A stretch of DNA of 64,000 nucleotides, taken from assembly GCA_965112735.1 (NCBI GenBank), contig OZ218952.1:4836001-4900000 (forward strand), read 5' to 3'. The notes below the pieces were generated by a model. The model ran no database searches. It was not told the origin of the DNA and saw nothing but the letters and a program-made list of their open reading frames with translations. Positions 19,228 to 32,046 of this stretch are shown in pieces. Every line of letters begins with the position of its first letter. The stretch's first letter is position 1. Both the position numbers and the translations under genes were made by a program. Source of the DNA: Phaeosaccion multiseriatum (Eukaryota; Protista; Ochrophyta, other classes).

Positions 19228-20614
19228 GTTGTTTGTGTGTGTGCTTGTGTGTGCTTGTGTGTGTGTGTGTGTTTGACCGTTCCTTTCCTCTTGGTACGGC
19301 CTCACACACTTCACCAAATCATCTTCTTTGTTTGCTTTGTTTGTATGTTTCGTGTATTTATCCCCTCGCTCACTCACTGTCGCCTGAACTAAACACTGCA
19401 CCGACCCACTTACCAACCGACTCACCCACCCACCCACCCGCAGTCTCCCCCCGGCGCGGCAGCCGTCTGCAAGACAGCCCCGCTTACCGACACGGCCTCA
19501 AGGATTACAGGGGCCTGGGTAGGGCGGCCAAGGAGGGGGGGGGAGGGGTGCCCACCAAGAAAGCTAACCCCACCATGCTCACACATACACTGGCCGAGCT
19601 GCACGCGAGGAGGGACGGCAAGCTGCTGCTGGCAATGGTGGGGCTGCCGGCGAGGGGCAAGACGTTCATCGCCAACAGCATCACACGCCACTTGGTGAGT
19701 GGAGGCCGTGTTGTGTTGTGTTGTCTTGTGTTTGTCTCGAGTTGGGCTCGTCTTTGTCTCGTGTTTGTCTTGCCCTCTTCGCTATGCTCACCCCCTCACT
19801 CGCTCACTCACTCACCCACTCACTCACTCACTCACTCACTCACTCACTCCCTCACCCACCCACTCACTCACTGCAACCCCCCAGGCTTGGCTGGGCTACA
19901 AGGTCAAAATCTTCAATGCCGGCAACTACCGCCGGAAGGTCAAAGGGCAGGTAGCCTCAGCGGACCTCTTCGACCCTGGTGAGTGAGTGAGTAAGTCAGT
20001 GGAGTGAGTCTGTTACATGGACTCCATTTTTGGTCTTCATAAACTGAAAACTGAAAACTGAAAACTGAGTGAGTCACACACGTACACCGGCCGGAAGGGG
20101 TCGGGAGGGGGCTGTCGGCCAAAGGGGTAAAGCGCTCCTCGCACCCTATGGCACCCTAGAGAAGCTTCCCAAGCAGCGCATCAGTACTCATATTCAGGTG
20201 CAGCGCATTAGTACTCATATTGAGATCCTTAGCTCCACGCGCTCATCTCCTCTGCTGCTTCTCCTCTCTCCACTGTCGTTTCACTGGCGTTACACTGGCG
20301 TTACACTGGCGTTACACTGGCGTTACCTGCTGCCCCCGCCCCCCCTTGTGCCTTGCCCCTCGCTATGCGCAGACAATCCGGAGGGCAAGAGGTTCCGAGA
20401 CAAGTGCGCGGAGCTCGCCCTTCACGACGCGCTGCAGGTGCGTGACGAGAGGCTCTGCTATACCCAAGTAGGCCCAACTTGGCCAAGCTAGAGGCCCAAC
20501 TATACCCAACTACGCCCAACTAGAGGCCCAACGAGAGGCCCAACCAGAGGCCCAACGGTCCTCTTGCATTGCGTTCTCACGGGTCCACCCCCTTGGCAGC
20601 CCCGTCTCTCTCTC

Positions 20615-20661
<47 letters not shown>

Positions 20662-21886
20662 CAGCCCCCCATTCCCTCCTCTTGCCCCTCTTGGGTACCC
20701 TATGCAGCTGACTGACCCCATCCCTCACCCCCACCCCGTTCTGGGACTGATCCGCGATCTTTCTACGCCCTGTCTACACCCATTGGTCGTACGGCCACTC
20801 GGCTCACAGGCCCTGCATGCAGACGAACTAGACATCGCGATTTTCGATGCGACGAACACAACGAAGAGCCGCAGAGCCTGGCTAAGAGATTCCATCGAGC
20901 TCAGCAACAAAACCTTCAAGGAGGAGCTCGGGCTGCTGGCCACCGGGGAGCTGCAGACCGGTCACAAGGGTAGGGAGGAGGAGGGGGAGGAGGAGAAGGA
21001 GAAGGCTAAGAAGGAGGGGGAGACGGTGGTCAAGGAGGGGGGGGGGAGGGAGGAAGGGAGTGGCGGCGGTGGAGGCGTTACAGAAGGCGCTGCGGAAGAA
21101 GATGCTGAGGAAGGAGAAGAGCCTTTCTTGGCCGCCAAAAATGCGGCCAGGAAAATTGTGGCCGGGGTGCCGGGGGTGGAGGAGGAGGAGGAGGAGGAGG
21201 AGAAGGAGGAGGAGGAGGAGGAGGAGGAGGAGGAGGCTGCCGCGGACAAGGTGAACGGAGAGGGAGAGGGAGAGGGGGAGGCTGGGGGAGCGCAGCTGCG
21301 GAAGAAGCGAAGCGGCATTGCCGGCAAGCTCTGGGCTCGCAAGGACCCGCTACCTGGTGTCGGGGCCGACAAGGGACAGCCTCCCAAGACGGAGGACCAA
21401 CTGGCGGACATGCGCCAGTCGCGGCTCAGTCGCCATTTGAGCAACGTGGAGCGCTGGAAGGAGGAGCAGAACGCTGCGTCTATGGTGCGCCTCGTGTTCT
21501 TGGAGAGCGTGTGCGATGATGAAGAGAAGGTGAGACACACACGCACACACACGGACACGCACACACACACGCACATACAGAGAGAGAGACACGGACACAC
21601 ACACACACAGAGAGACACGGACACGCACACGCACGCACACACGCACGCACACATGCACACACACATGTACAAGCACGCACATACAAACACACACACACAC
21701 ACACACACACAGAGGCAAGCACACTCATGCACTGCCATCCTCTGCCCTCAGGTGTGGTCCAACGTGCGAGACGCCAAGATGAGCAGCCCCGACTACCTGG
21801 GGTGGAAGCCCGAGGACGCCATGAAGGACTTCATGGAGAGAATCAACATGTACAAGAGAGTGAGTGTGTTTGTCTGCGTAATAATC

Positions 21887-21937
<51 letters not shown>

Positions 21938-24042
21938 TGTCTGTGCAAAGAGCTACAACTTGAAGTGGCGTGCAAATCCATCGTTTATTTGCCGTCAACG
22001 ATGGTGAGCCTCGAGGCAAGTCAAGCCCCAAGCTTCATCTTCCATCTTTTCTCATTAGGTGCTTCCCTCCCTCCCTTCCCTCCCCTCCCTTCCTCCCTCC
22101 CCTCCCCTCCCTCCCTCCCTCCCCCTCCCCTCCCTTCCCTCCCTCCTGCAAAGGTGTACGAGCGGCTTGATGAATCCGAAGGTCACTCCTTCATCTGCCT
22201 CGAGAACGCGGGGGAGGAGTGCGAGAAGCTTGTGTCGTACAAGTCCAAGGGCTACTGCATGGGCCGCATCATGCAGCTGCTCACCTCCACCAACCTCATC
22301 CTCAGACCCATCGTGCTCTCCAGGCACGGCGAGTCGCTCGCCAGCAGCCAGGGCAGGTGAGGAGGAGAACGACGTAGGGTAGGGTAGGGTAGGGTAGGGT
22401 AGCAATAGTAAGGGAGGAGAAGGGAGAGGAGGCGAATGTATGTGTGGCGGGAGGAATAGCGCGGGTAGTCTCTCCCCATCCAAAGAGTGCCGTCACCAAC
22501 GCCCACCGAAGCGACCCCTCGAGCAATCGAATCAGGCCGTGCTGCGCTTGGGTCTTGTTGGGCCTCCTGGCGTGTCTTGTTGGGCCTCCTGGCGTGTCTT
22601 GTTGGGCCTCCTGGCGTGTCTTGTTGGGCCTCCTGGCGTGTCTTGTTGGGCCTCCTGGCGTGTCTTGTTGGGCCTCCTGGCGTGTCTTGTTGGGCCTCCT
22701 GGCGTGCTTGCTTGCCTTGCATGTCCCTAATTGATGCTCTGTAAATATCTGCTCGTGCTGTGCTGTGCTTTGCTTTACTTGTGCCTGGCGCTGTGCTGTA
22801 TCACCAACTGCTGTATGTGCAGGCTCGGTGTGGGCCACTCGGAGCTGACAGCGAACGGCCTCCTCTACGCCAAGAGACTCAGAGGTATATGGGCAGACAG
22901 GCAGGCAGGCGGGCAGGCATATGGGCGTCCGGGCCAGTGGGGGCACAAGCTTTCCCGCGGGGTTGTGCAATCCCCCCTTGTACCACTCACTCACTCACTC
23001 ACTCACTCACTCGCTCACTCACTCAATCACTGATTAACGAACGAAGTCGCTCACCCACCCACTCATTCACTCACCACTCATTCACTCACCAACCCACTCA
23101 CTCACTCACTCATCCACCCACTCATTCACTCACTCACTCACTCACTCACTCACTCACTCACTCACTCAATGTCCCCTCTCCCCTCTCGCCTCTCCCCCCT
23201 CGCTCCCCTGTCCCTGGTCACAGATGGCATGGAGTGGTTCAGCAAAAGGAGCAGGAGGACGCTTGTACTCACAGGCGACACCTACCAGGTACATAAGTCA
23301 ATGGGTGTCTCTCTGTCTCTCTCTCTGTCGCTCTGTCTCTCTGTGTGTTTGTATATTCTCTCTCTGTGTCGGTGCTTTTTTTGTCCCCTGTCCGTCCTGG
23401 GAATATTTGTGAGACCTTCAACCCCACAATCTCAAACAGAAACTGAGACTGAGAGTGAAACTGCCTTTTTGCTCCTCCCCCTGCCCTTCCCTTCTCTCCC
23501 CCCCAGGCGTCCCAGGTCGTTGACATAATCTCCGACCTGGACCGCACCGAGTTGCACCAAACTCCGGCCCTGAACGAACTCAATCCGGGCATCATGGCCG
23601 GCATCACATACAAACAGTTCGCAGAGCAGGTGAGGGAGTGAGGGCGGGGGGGCATTTATTGACTTCATAGGAATCACCTAAGAAAAAAAAGGAGAAATGG
23701 CGTGAGGGAGGGGGGGGGGTGTGAGGTTCTATCAAAATATCAGTTTCAGTTTCAGTTGGAGGGTAGGTAGGGCCTTGCCAAATGAGCCCAGCGGAGCGGC
23801 GGCAGCTCAGGGCATTCCGTGTGTAGGAGTGGAGTGGAGTGGAGTGGAGTGGAGTGGAGTGGAGTGGAGTGGAGTGGAGTGTGTTGGGGGGTGGTGGATG
23901 CTGCTGGTGTGTGTGTGCGTGCGTGCGTGTGCGATTGTGTTGGTGAGTCATTTTCTCGTCTGTCCTGTGTGACTTCCTCTACCCTCCCATCCTTCTGACG
24001 CCATACCCTCTCTCTCTCTCTCTCACACACACACTCTCTCTC

Positions 24043-24089
<47 letters not shown>

Positions 24090-24375
24090 CTCCGACGTCC
24101 TTTCCCTGCCCTCCCCTGCCCTGCCCTGCCCTGCCCTGCCCTGCCCTGCCCTGCCCTGCCCTGCCCTCGCAGTTCCCAGAGGAGTGTCTGGCGAGGTCCC
24201 TGAACAAGCTCGAGTACAAGTTCCCGGAGGTAAGTACGTCATGCTTACGTAAGGGTACGGTGTCCATCAAAGGAGACGCAGTTGTTGCTTATTGCTTGGT
24301 CCAGAGGCTGCGGGTTGAGGAGGGGCAGGGGCAGCGGCAAGGGCGAGGTGGGAGGAAGAGGAAGAGAGAGAGGGA

Positions 24376-24451
<76 letters not shown>

Positions 24452-24803
24452 GAGAGAAGAGAGAGAAGAGAGAGAGAGAGAAGAGAGAGAAGAGAGAGAA
24501 GAGAGAGAGAGAAAAGGGGAGGCGCACGCCCTTGACTATTGGAATGGGGCGGGGCACTGGGGGGCACTGACAGCCGAGCGCTGTGGAGAGCCCCGCCACC
24601 TCGGGATACATGCTAAAGAATCGAAAAGTATCGCTCCCCTCCCCGTTCCCTTCCCAACCCTCTGCCCTTTCTCCTACCCCCATCTGCTCCTCCCGTCATC
24701 CCTCGCCCCCAATTGTGCCTGCCAACCGACTCGCGACTTCCCAACATCACACGCCTCGACTTCCGCCAATGTCGAAACTATCGATGCTCTAAATGGATGC
24801 ACA

Positions 24804-24842
<39 letters not shown>

Positions 24843-25081
24843 AGGGAGAGAGCTATGTGGACGTGTTCCGTCGGCTGGAGCCCCTTATCCTCGAGATGAT
24901 CTCCTCGAGCGAGCCTCTCATGATCCTCACGCACACGCCCGTGATCCGCGTCATCTACGGCTACCTGCTGGGCAAGGACCCTGCGGAGTGCTGTGACATC
25001 GACATTCCTCTCAACTGCTGCATTCGACTCGTGCCCGAGGGCTACGGCTATCGGGAAGATCGCTTCTACCCCATCGAGTGA
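18087..25081 (+). CDS. 6-phosphofructo-2-kinase / fructose-2,6-bisphosphatase family protein, about 13 exons
   Basis: Exons about 18087-18309, 18386-19008 (or 19023), 19444-19694, 19885-19978, 20373-20437, 20810-21529, 21752-21859, 22154-22356, 22823-22883, 23224-23288, 23507-23629, 24172-24229, 24845-25081. Motifs [10 protein letters not shown] (P-loop), [52 protein letters not shown]. Confidence 0.93.
22552..22705. repeat. 22-bp tandem repeat, about 7 copies (GTCTTGTTGGGCCTCCTGGCGT)
   Basis: Near-perfect copies in a PFK-2 intron. Confidence 0.92.
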
Positions 25082-25663
25082 GGGTGGCAGTGGATGGCAG
25101 TGGATGGCAGTGGATGGGAGGGGGGAGAGGAGGGCCCTACCCCCTCTACTCTTGAGCGAAGCGTGAGGAGTGAGGAGTGAGGGGAGAGGGGAGAGGGGAG
25201 AGCACCGGCCTTCTACTCTTACGCCATGCAGCGAGGCGTGAGGACTGACGAGACGAGTGGTGGGTCGTCGGCCCATCATGGCGGAAGAGAGAGGGCGAAA
25301 CGCTTAGAGAGGGCGAAACCCTGCCCCTTCCGCCTCTCCCCGCCCCTCGCCCGCCGCGTCTCCACGAAGTGTGCTCTACTGTAAGATTACGTATCCATAC
25401 ATGTGCGCACGGTATGGCTGTATGGAGGTGTGTAGGCAGGTATGTTTGTGTCGTCCCACTGGCCGCTATGACAGGTGCCCGCCGCGTAGAGCAGCGCTCT
25501 GTGCAATCGTGTGTCAGGGGTTCGAAAACGCATTCATCGCCACCATTTAAATGAGTATCATAAATCTGAGTGTTTTTTTTATTGATTATGAGGATGTAGG
25601 GCGGTGGTCATGACTGACGAACCGAACGAAGCGAACGAAGCGAGCTCAGCTCAAGTCCCGTCT

Positions 25664-26166
25664 TTAGCGGCCCGTGCTGCCGCGCGCTGCTCCTCCCTTC
25701 GCTCCCTTCTGCTTGGAGGCAGAGGGCTTGGCGCCCGGGCCTCCTCCGCCAGCCTTGGCCTTGGAGGCCTTCTCCTTCTTCTTTGCCTTGACCTGTCCAG
25801 CAGAACAGAGTGTCAAGCAGAGTGTCAAGCGGAGTGTCAGGCAGAGGGAGGGCAGTGACGTCAGGGACGTCAGGACAAGGGTCCGGGGGGGAGGGAGAGG
25901 CGGCGGGGTGGGTGGGCAGAAACCAACGCAAAAAGGAACGAATGAGGCTCGGGAAGGGCAAGGGTCGCAGCCTCAAGTGTGACGTCCTGACCCACCCCTC
26001 CCTTGTCTTGCTTGCGGCTGGGCCCAACTCGACTCTCACCTCCTTGAGGGCGGCGTCCCTCTGCAGGCTGCGGTACTCGGGCTTCTGCTCCCTCTTCTTC
26101 TTGATCTCCTCCAGAGACACTCCCACAATGGCACGCTGGAACTTCGTCGACTTGCGCGAGCTGTGC

Positions 26167-26197
<31 letters not shown>

Positions 26198-28012
26198 TGA
26201 GAGCAGGTCAGTGTCAGTGTCAGTGTCAGTGTCAGTGTCAGTACTGACAACTCTCAAAGGGCCGGTAACTGTCGTAACTGTCTAGCGCGATGGGGACTTT
26301 TCTGTACCCCCTCCCTCCATGCCTATAGAGACCCCTCTCTCTGTGACGTACGCACCGCTTCTTGGTGACCTCCTCAGACTTCATCTTCTTGTTAAGACGC
26401 CTCCATGCCTAAGGCAACAAACAGAGGGGGGGAGAAGGTAAACAGCGGGAGGGGGGGGGGGTTGAGCGACTACTCAAACAACACGGGGAGGAGCAAAGCG
26501 CTGCTGACTGCCACAAAGCAAAGTGCTGCATACATGCACTCCATACATGCATGAGAAAGGACGCCGAAGCAGCCTCTTCCACGGCACAGCACAGCACAGC
26601 ACCGCACCGCCCCGCCTAGCAGTCCTACAGAGAATCGCCGTAGCCGTCGCCACAGCCCCTGCGCGGCTACTTGTATAGCGCCTCTCCTCTCTCTGCCACT
26701 GTCCGCCATCCTACACATTCCGATCCCCGCTGTCCAAAGTTTGCTCTCCGTTCTCGCTGGCAATGGGTCAAACCACTGTCTCTCCTAATCGCACGAACAC
26801 CCCCTGTGGGCAGACGCCATGCCCCCCCCCCCACGCCCTGCTCCAGGCTCTGTGAAGCGAAGCACCACCTCGCGTAGCAACCGTTCTTTGGCCAAGCACT
26901 GCTCGAGCGCCTGTCCTAGGCTATGCCCTTGCCCTCGGCTACTCCCTAGGCCCAGTTCAGCCGCTCAGCACTATGGTCAATTCGGCTCAGAGTGGCCCGC
27001 CCCGCGCTTTGGCCCATCAGCAGACTCGAGGGTTTCTGAGCTGTGTTGGTTGTCTCTCATGACGCTGGTGCTTTCTGCTTGCTGCTACCCGTGCTGCTGC
27101 AAAATAAGCCTCCCCAGTCAACCTCCGTCCCTCTGTTGGGGGGGGACCAGACGAGATCCAGCATAGACTGCCTGCTGTCTCGCACTGCCTCGTTGCATCA
27201 AGGCTGCCAACAGAGGGCACAGCTGCCCTCCTCTGTTGCCGCTCGCCTCGCCCTCTGACCCGTTCCTCCACCCCCCCGAACCCAGGCTCCAGCTGATGAC
27301 ACTTGATTTCCACACACGCAACCATGCGGATGCTCTCACGTCTTCGCCAGCTCCTTCTTCCTTTCCTGTCGTCCACCCCCCTCTCGCCCAAGCTCCTCCA
27401 TCTCTCTCTCTCCATCTCTCGCTGGCGAGTGCAAGTGCATGCCTGCGCCTCTCGCCCCGGTCCTCATGGCTTCTAAGTCGCTCCTGACAAGCGGGATGAT
27501 TGAACTCCACACACACGTACCTGTGTCCAAGTCAGCTTTGCGGGCTTCTTGCGCTGCAGGTACAGGCTCTTGCACTTGGCGGAAGAGAAGTTGACAAGCT
27601 GGGAGAGAGCAGGCAACAGTATGCACACGGAGGGAAGACATAGGACGGAGAGGGTTCAGAGGAAGGGGAGCAGGGGTGGGAGGGAGGTGACAAGAGGAGA
27701 GAAGAGGATCGAGGAGGGAGGAGGGAAGGGAGGGAGGGAAGGGAAGGGCAGGGGATCGCTGGGTTACAGGAAGGGCGTGGGAGTAGAGAGAAACACACTG
27801 CATCGACAGCAAGCAGAGAAACCGCCACCGCCAAGCCGACGCTGCTGCCCGTCGCTTGCCGGAGATGGTCTCCTCTCCCCCTATCCTCCTCCTCCCTCCT
27901 CCCTCCTGCCGCTGCTTTTTCTTACCAGGCCATTGGTCCTGACGAACTTGGAGCCGTGCCCAGGGTAGATCCTGAACTCCGAGAAGGCGCACGTCTCCGT
28001 CTTGATGACCAT
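25664..28012 (-). CDS. RPL24: 60S ribosomal protein L24 (eL24), 5 exons
   Basis: Exons 28012-27926, 27598-27521, 26408-26356, 26160-26040, 25792-25664 give MVIKTETCAFSEFRIYPGHGSKFVRTNG...KCKSLYLQRKKPAKLTWTQAWRRLNKK...FQRAIVGVSLEEIKKKR... Confidence 0.97.
26851..27238 (-). ncRNA. Candidate structured intronic RNA(s) in RPL24 intron 2, family unassigned
   Basis: Nested inverted repeats form a rod of about 230 nt (26851-27080) and a three-stem element (27127-27238). The region is high-complexity, unlike the microsatellite-filled introns nearby. No known family motif was recognised with confidence. Confidence 0.35.
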
Positions 28013-28324
28013 CCTTGCCGCTATTAACACACCCTCACCCTCAAACTAACACCAACCCTTAGCCCAGCAATAATCCCCGAGGGGGACATTTGGGGGACTA
28101 TGGGCTGGTAGAATACGAGTTTCAGTTTCCGGTTGTGCATTTTTTTTTCTTCCCATTTTTTCATTTTTTCCTTCTTTTGTTTTGCCTGCATTTCTATCTA
28201 CCTTTCCGCCGCATTTCTATAGCTAAGTAGAAGCACGTCAAGCTCCTCGTCCCCATCAACCACTAGCTCACCCCGGCACGGCACTGCACTGCACGGCACT
28301 GCACTTGACAGGCAGGTCAGGTCC

Positions 28325-29688
28325 TCACAGCCCCTCTGCAGGCCCCTCCCCAGGCCCCTCTGCAGGCGCCACGAACACCTCACACAGCGCGCGGAACTCC
28401 TCCTCCGCAATGCCCAGGGCTCGTACAGAGGGAGGCGGGGTGAGAGCACCAGTGCCACGCACGCCCCCACCCCTCACGTCGTCCTCGTCGTCGCCCCCCG
28501 TGACCCCTCCTCCTCCTCCTCCTCCTCCTCCTCCTCCTCCTCCAGCCCCACCCCTGCAGCAGCGCTGGCAGACGGCCACCAGCACAGCGGGCAGCAGCTC
28601 CCAGTGGCGCCCTCCCAGCGGCGGGAAGGGCCGACACAGGTCGAAGGAGTCCACGAGCTGCCCGATGAGCGTGCGAACATCCGCATGCAGCGCTGCGTCT
28701 GCGTGTGAGCCTGCTGCTGACTCTGACTCTGAGTCTGATGCTATCATCTCTCGCAAGGCCCTATCCAAGTTGGCCGACACCATCCCCCCGAGCATTTGCC
28801 GCCGCTGCATGCCATTGCCGTCCAGGTACAGCGGAGTCTTGAGGGGAGGCAAGGCGGCACTCCCTCCCCCCCCCCCCTCCGCCTCTCCCTCCCCCCTGCT
28901 CCCCCCCGGTCCCGTCCTCTTCCTCCTCCTCCTCCTCCTCCTCCTCCTCCTCCTCGCCGTCTCCTCCTCTATGAGTAGTTGGGTATCCAGAGTGACCCAC
29001 TCTGCCAGGGCGTCCCACATGGTGATGAAGAGGCTTAGAGAGGCCCTGAACTCATCCCTGAGGGCTTTATTCTCCATCGTGGCAAAGTCCAGCCCTACGC
29101 CTCGAGCCCCCCGGACCGCCGTCGAATGTCCTCCTCCTCCTCCTCCTGCTGCTGCTGCTCCTCCTCCTCCTCCCCCTAAGCCCTCGTCCTCGTCCTCCTC
29201 GTCCTCCTCATCGGGCATGCCCTCGGTGGAGCCGAACATCTCAATCCAGATTTTCTTGTCCTCCTCCCGCTCCCTCTGCCTCGCTTTAGCCCTCGCCTTC
29301 ATCTCCTGCTCCTCCTGCTCGTCACCGAACACTTCTTCTCCGTCAGTGACTGCCCCCTCGTCGTCGTCCTCCTCGTCCTCGTACCCCGCCCCTTGCGCCT
29401 GCTGCTGCCCCCCCTCCTCCTCCTCTTCCTCCTCCTCCTCCTCCTCCTCCTCCTCCTCCTCCTCCTCCTCCTCCTCCTCCTCCTCCTCCTCCTCCTCCTC
29501 CTCCTCCTCCTCCTCCTCTTCCTCCTCCTTCTCCTCCCTCTCCTCTGCCTCGGCCCAGCCAATCCCAGGCGCCCCTGCTCCATTCCCACTATCGGTACCA
29601 GTGTCAGGCCCACCGGTGCTGCCGTCGAGTCGGATCAATCCCCCCCCGGGCATCCACGCTACCCCTGGGGAAGCGCACAGAGGAGCTG

Positions 29689-29723
<35 letters not shown>

Positions 29724-32046
29724 CCAACTGCAGCTGTATCACCAACTGCCGCTTCTGGCCCGCCCTCTTTCCACTCCTCCTGCCCCATGACCCGGAAGTG
29801 CAGATCCACCTCAACTCCGTCCCTCGCCGCGACCCCTTTCGCTGCCCCCCTCTCTCCCTCCTTGTCCTCTTTACCCGCCCCCTCTATTGCGCCCCCCTTC
29901 TCTTGCTCCACATCCTCTCTAGCCCCCGACTCTGCTGCGGCTGCTCCTCCCTCTGCCGCGCTCCTCTGTCCTCCCTCGCTCTTGGGGGCGACATCCCCGA
30001 CCATCCCTGACTCTGACGATGGTGCGCCTGTTCCTGCAACGCCTGTTCCTGTAACGCCTTTCGGTACCGCTACTCCTGCTGGCGCCATTGGCTCTACCGC
30101 TGCCACTACTCCTGCTGGCGCCATTGGCTCGGACAGTGCTCGAACACCCACCGCCGCCGGAGGAGGAGGAGGAGGAGGAGGAGGAGGGGGAGGGGGAGCA
30201 CGTGATAAAGGAGCCTCCAGCTCCACAGCAGGGAGCCCCGAGGGAGAGGCGGTGGTGGGCAGATGGCCCTCGATGTGGCTCGCGCTCCACCTCGCCAGGC
30301 GCATAGGCCTGGCCCTCTGGGGAGTGCGCTCCGTAACTGTCATCTTCAAGGGACCGCCCTCCCTCTTTGCCCGCCCCTCCTCTCCCTCCTCGTCCTCGTC
30401 CTTAACCTCCCCCTTGTCGTTCTTTTCCTTCTCCTTCATCTTGTCGCTGTTTGCCCTTGTACTCTTGGCAGCCGCTTCGGCTCCAGGTGCAGCTGTCACC
30501 CTCGGCCCCCCTAAGACCTGCTGCTGCCGCCCTCTCCTACTCCTGAGCAGTCCCCGCAACTGCTCGTCCTGCTGGCGTTGCTGCTCTACACCGGTGCTGG
30601 GGTCTGGCAGGCCCAAGCCGGGGGCCTTCCCATCCGCGAAAGTCACACTTCTCTTTTCACTGCCCTTGTACCCCCGTTCTCCTCCTGCTCCTCCTGCTCC
30701 TCCTGCTCCTTGGCCGCCTGCTGTCCCCGGTCTCGCGGCCTCCAGCGCCGCTTTGCTGCTGGCAGAGTCTGCGGCAGCTGCGAATATCGAGCCCACTGCT
30801 GCAGCGGCAACAGCGACAGCAGCACCACCAGCAGCACCACCAGCAGCCGTTGGTGGTACGGCAGCACTAGTGCCCGCAGAACACGCCACGGCATCGGCAT
30901 TCGGTGGACAAGAGGGAGATGGGCGCGCCGTCTCTTGCTCGTTCGCCTCCTTCCCACGCTGCTCCTCCTCGCGTTTCGACACAATGGCCTGTCCAGCGGG
31001 GCCCTGTCTTCGAATTGTGTCTGTCCGCCGTGCTCTGGCGTACACCTTTCCCCCTGTGCTTGCTCCACCGCCCCTCGAGCCCCCACCAGCTGCAGGAGGG
31101 GTGCCTCCTCTCTTGCTCTCCCTCGCCAAGCGGGCCTTCTCTGCCTCCTCCTTCCTCTGCCGCTGCTTCCCCGCTTCCTCCTCCGTCTGTCGCCGCCCAG
31201 CCGCCTCCAGGCAGTGCTGCCGCGTGTACACGCTCTCCTCAGAGACCTCCCTCTCCATGAAGGCGTGTGACTGCATCAAGCAGGTCTGGCTGCAGTAGTT
31301 GTTTTGCTCCGATTGGTCGTACACCCGCTGTTGCTTCAAGGAGATGCGGAACTTGCCGACCCTATAAGTGGGTGGGTGAGTGAGTGCGATTCGAGAGACA
31401 ACACACACACCATACACGTTAGAGACAAAGCACTACTGACGGGGAAAGGAGAAGTCTCTCGTCAGCGCAAATCTTCCGTGCTGAGCAATGAGTATTCTTC
31501 ATTCGTTCTTCACATCCCGCCAGCGCGCTCGCCATCCCCGCCTGCCCGCTAGCGTGCCTGTCTACCTCGGGAGTAGAACGGGCCGTAGACCGACCTCCTC
31601 TTGTACTTTCTCTGCCAGCCTCGTCCTCTCTCAACTCTCCCCCTCCTCCTCCTCCTCCTCCTCCTCCTCCTCACCTCTTCTGCACGGGCTTGGAGCAGCA
31701 CGGCCAGCCGCAGATGGACTCGGACATGGCCCGCTCCTCCGCCACGTCGAGGAAGTGGCTCTTGCGGAAGAACGCGGCGCAGCGCCGGAGGTGGGGAAGA
31801 GAGGCCTCCCCCGACAACAAGGTGCACTGGAGGTCGAAGATCTGCGGCGGGAAGGGGGAAGTTAGAAGCTTTGTTCAGATCAAGGAGGTTGATCAAGGGA
31901 GGTCGTGATTTTTAAAGCACGGACTGTTTGTCGCCATCACCCCTCGAACTGACCTCCTGGTTCACGTGTCGGGTGACGCTATCGTTGGCTATCCTGCGCT
32001 CTCTCTCCACCTCCTGCCTCCGCAGCTGCTTCTCGGCCTGCGCCAT
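28325..32046 (-). CDS. RPAP2: RNA polymerase II CTD phosphatase RPAP2/Rtr1 homologue, 3 exons
   Basis: Exons 32046-31954, 31841-31675, 31361-28325. Rtr1 zinc finger: FLDVAEERAMSESICGWPCCSKP...GKFRISLKQQRVYD...YCSQTC. C-terminal SLSLFITMWDALAEWVT-type region. Confidence 0.88.

Noticed and set aside
26291-26303. GAAAAGTCCCC on the minus strand, resembling RNase MRP CR-I
   Set aside because: No matching GGGGCUnA (CR-V) partner or room for the rest of the RNA in this short intron.
26861-27072. RNase P, telomerase RNA or TPP riboswitch identity for the structured intron element
   Set aside because: Lacks the GGAAnnUC CR-I and the P2/P3 arrangement, has no full telomeric template, and has no UGAGA / CUGAU...AAUGCCAGCG TPP core.
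28305-31298. 997-aa ORF on the + strand
   Set aside because: Antisense shadow of the GC-rich RPAP2 exon; low complexity with no domain.
8791-32046. Functional cluster of Pol II genes (ENY2-like, RPB3, RPAP2)
   Set aside because: Interspersed with unrelated housekeeping genes; no evidence beyond chance proximity.
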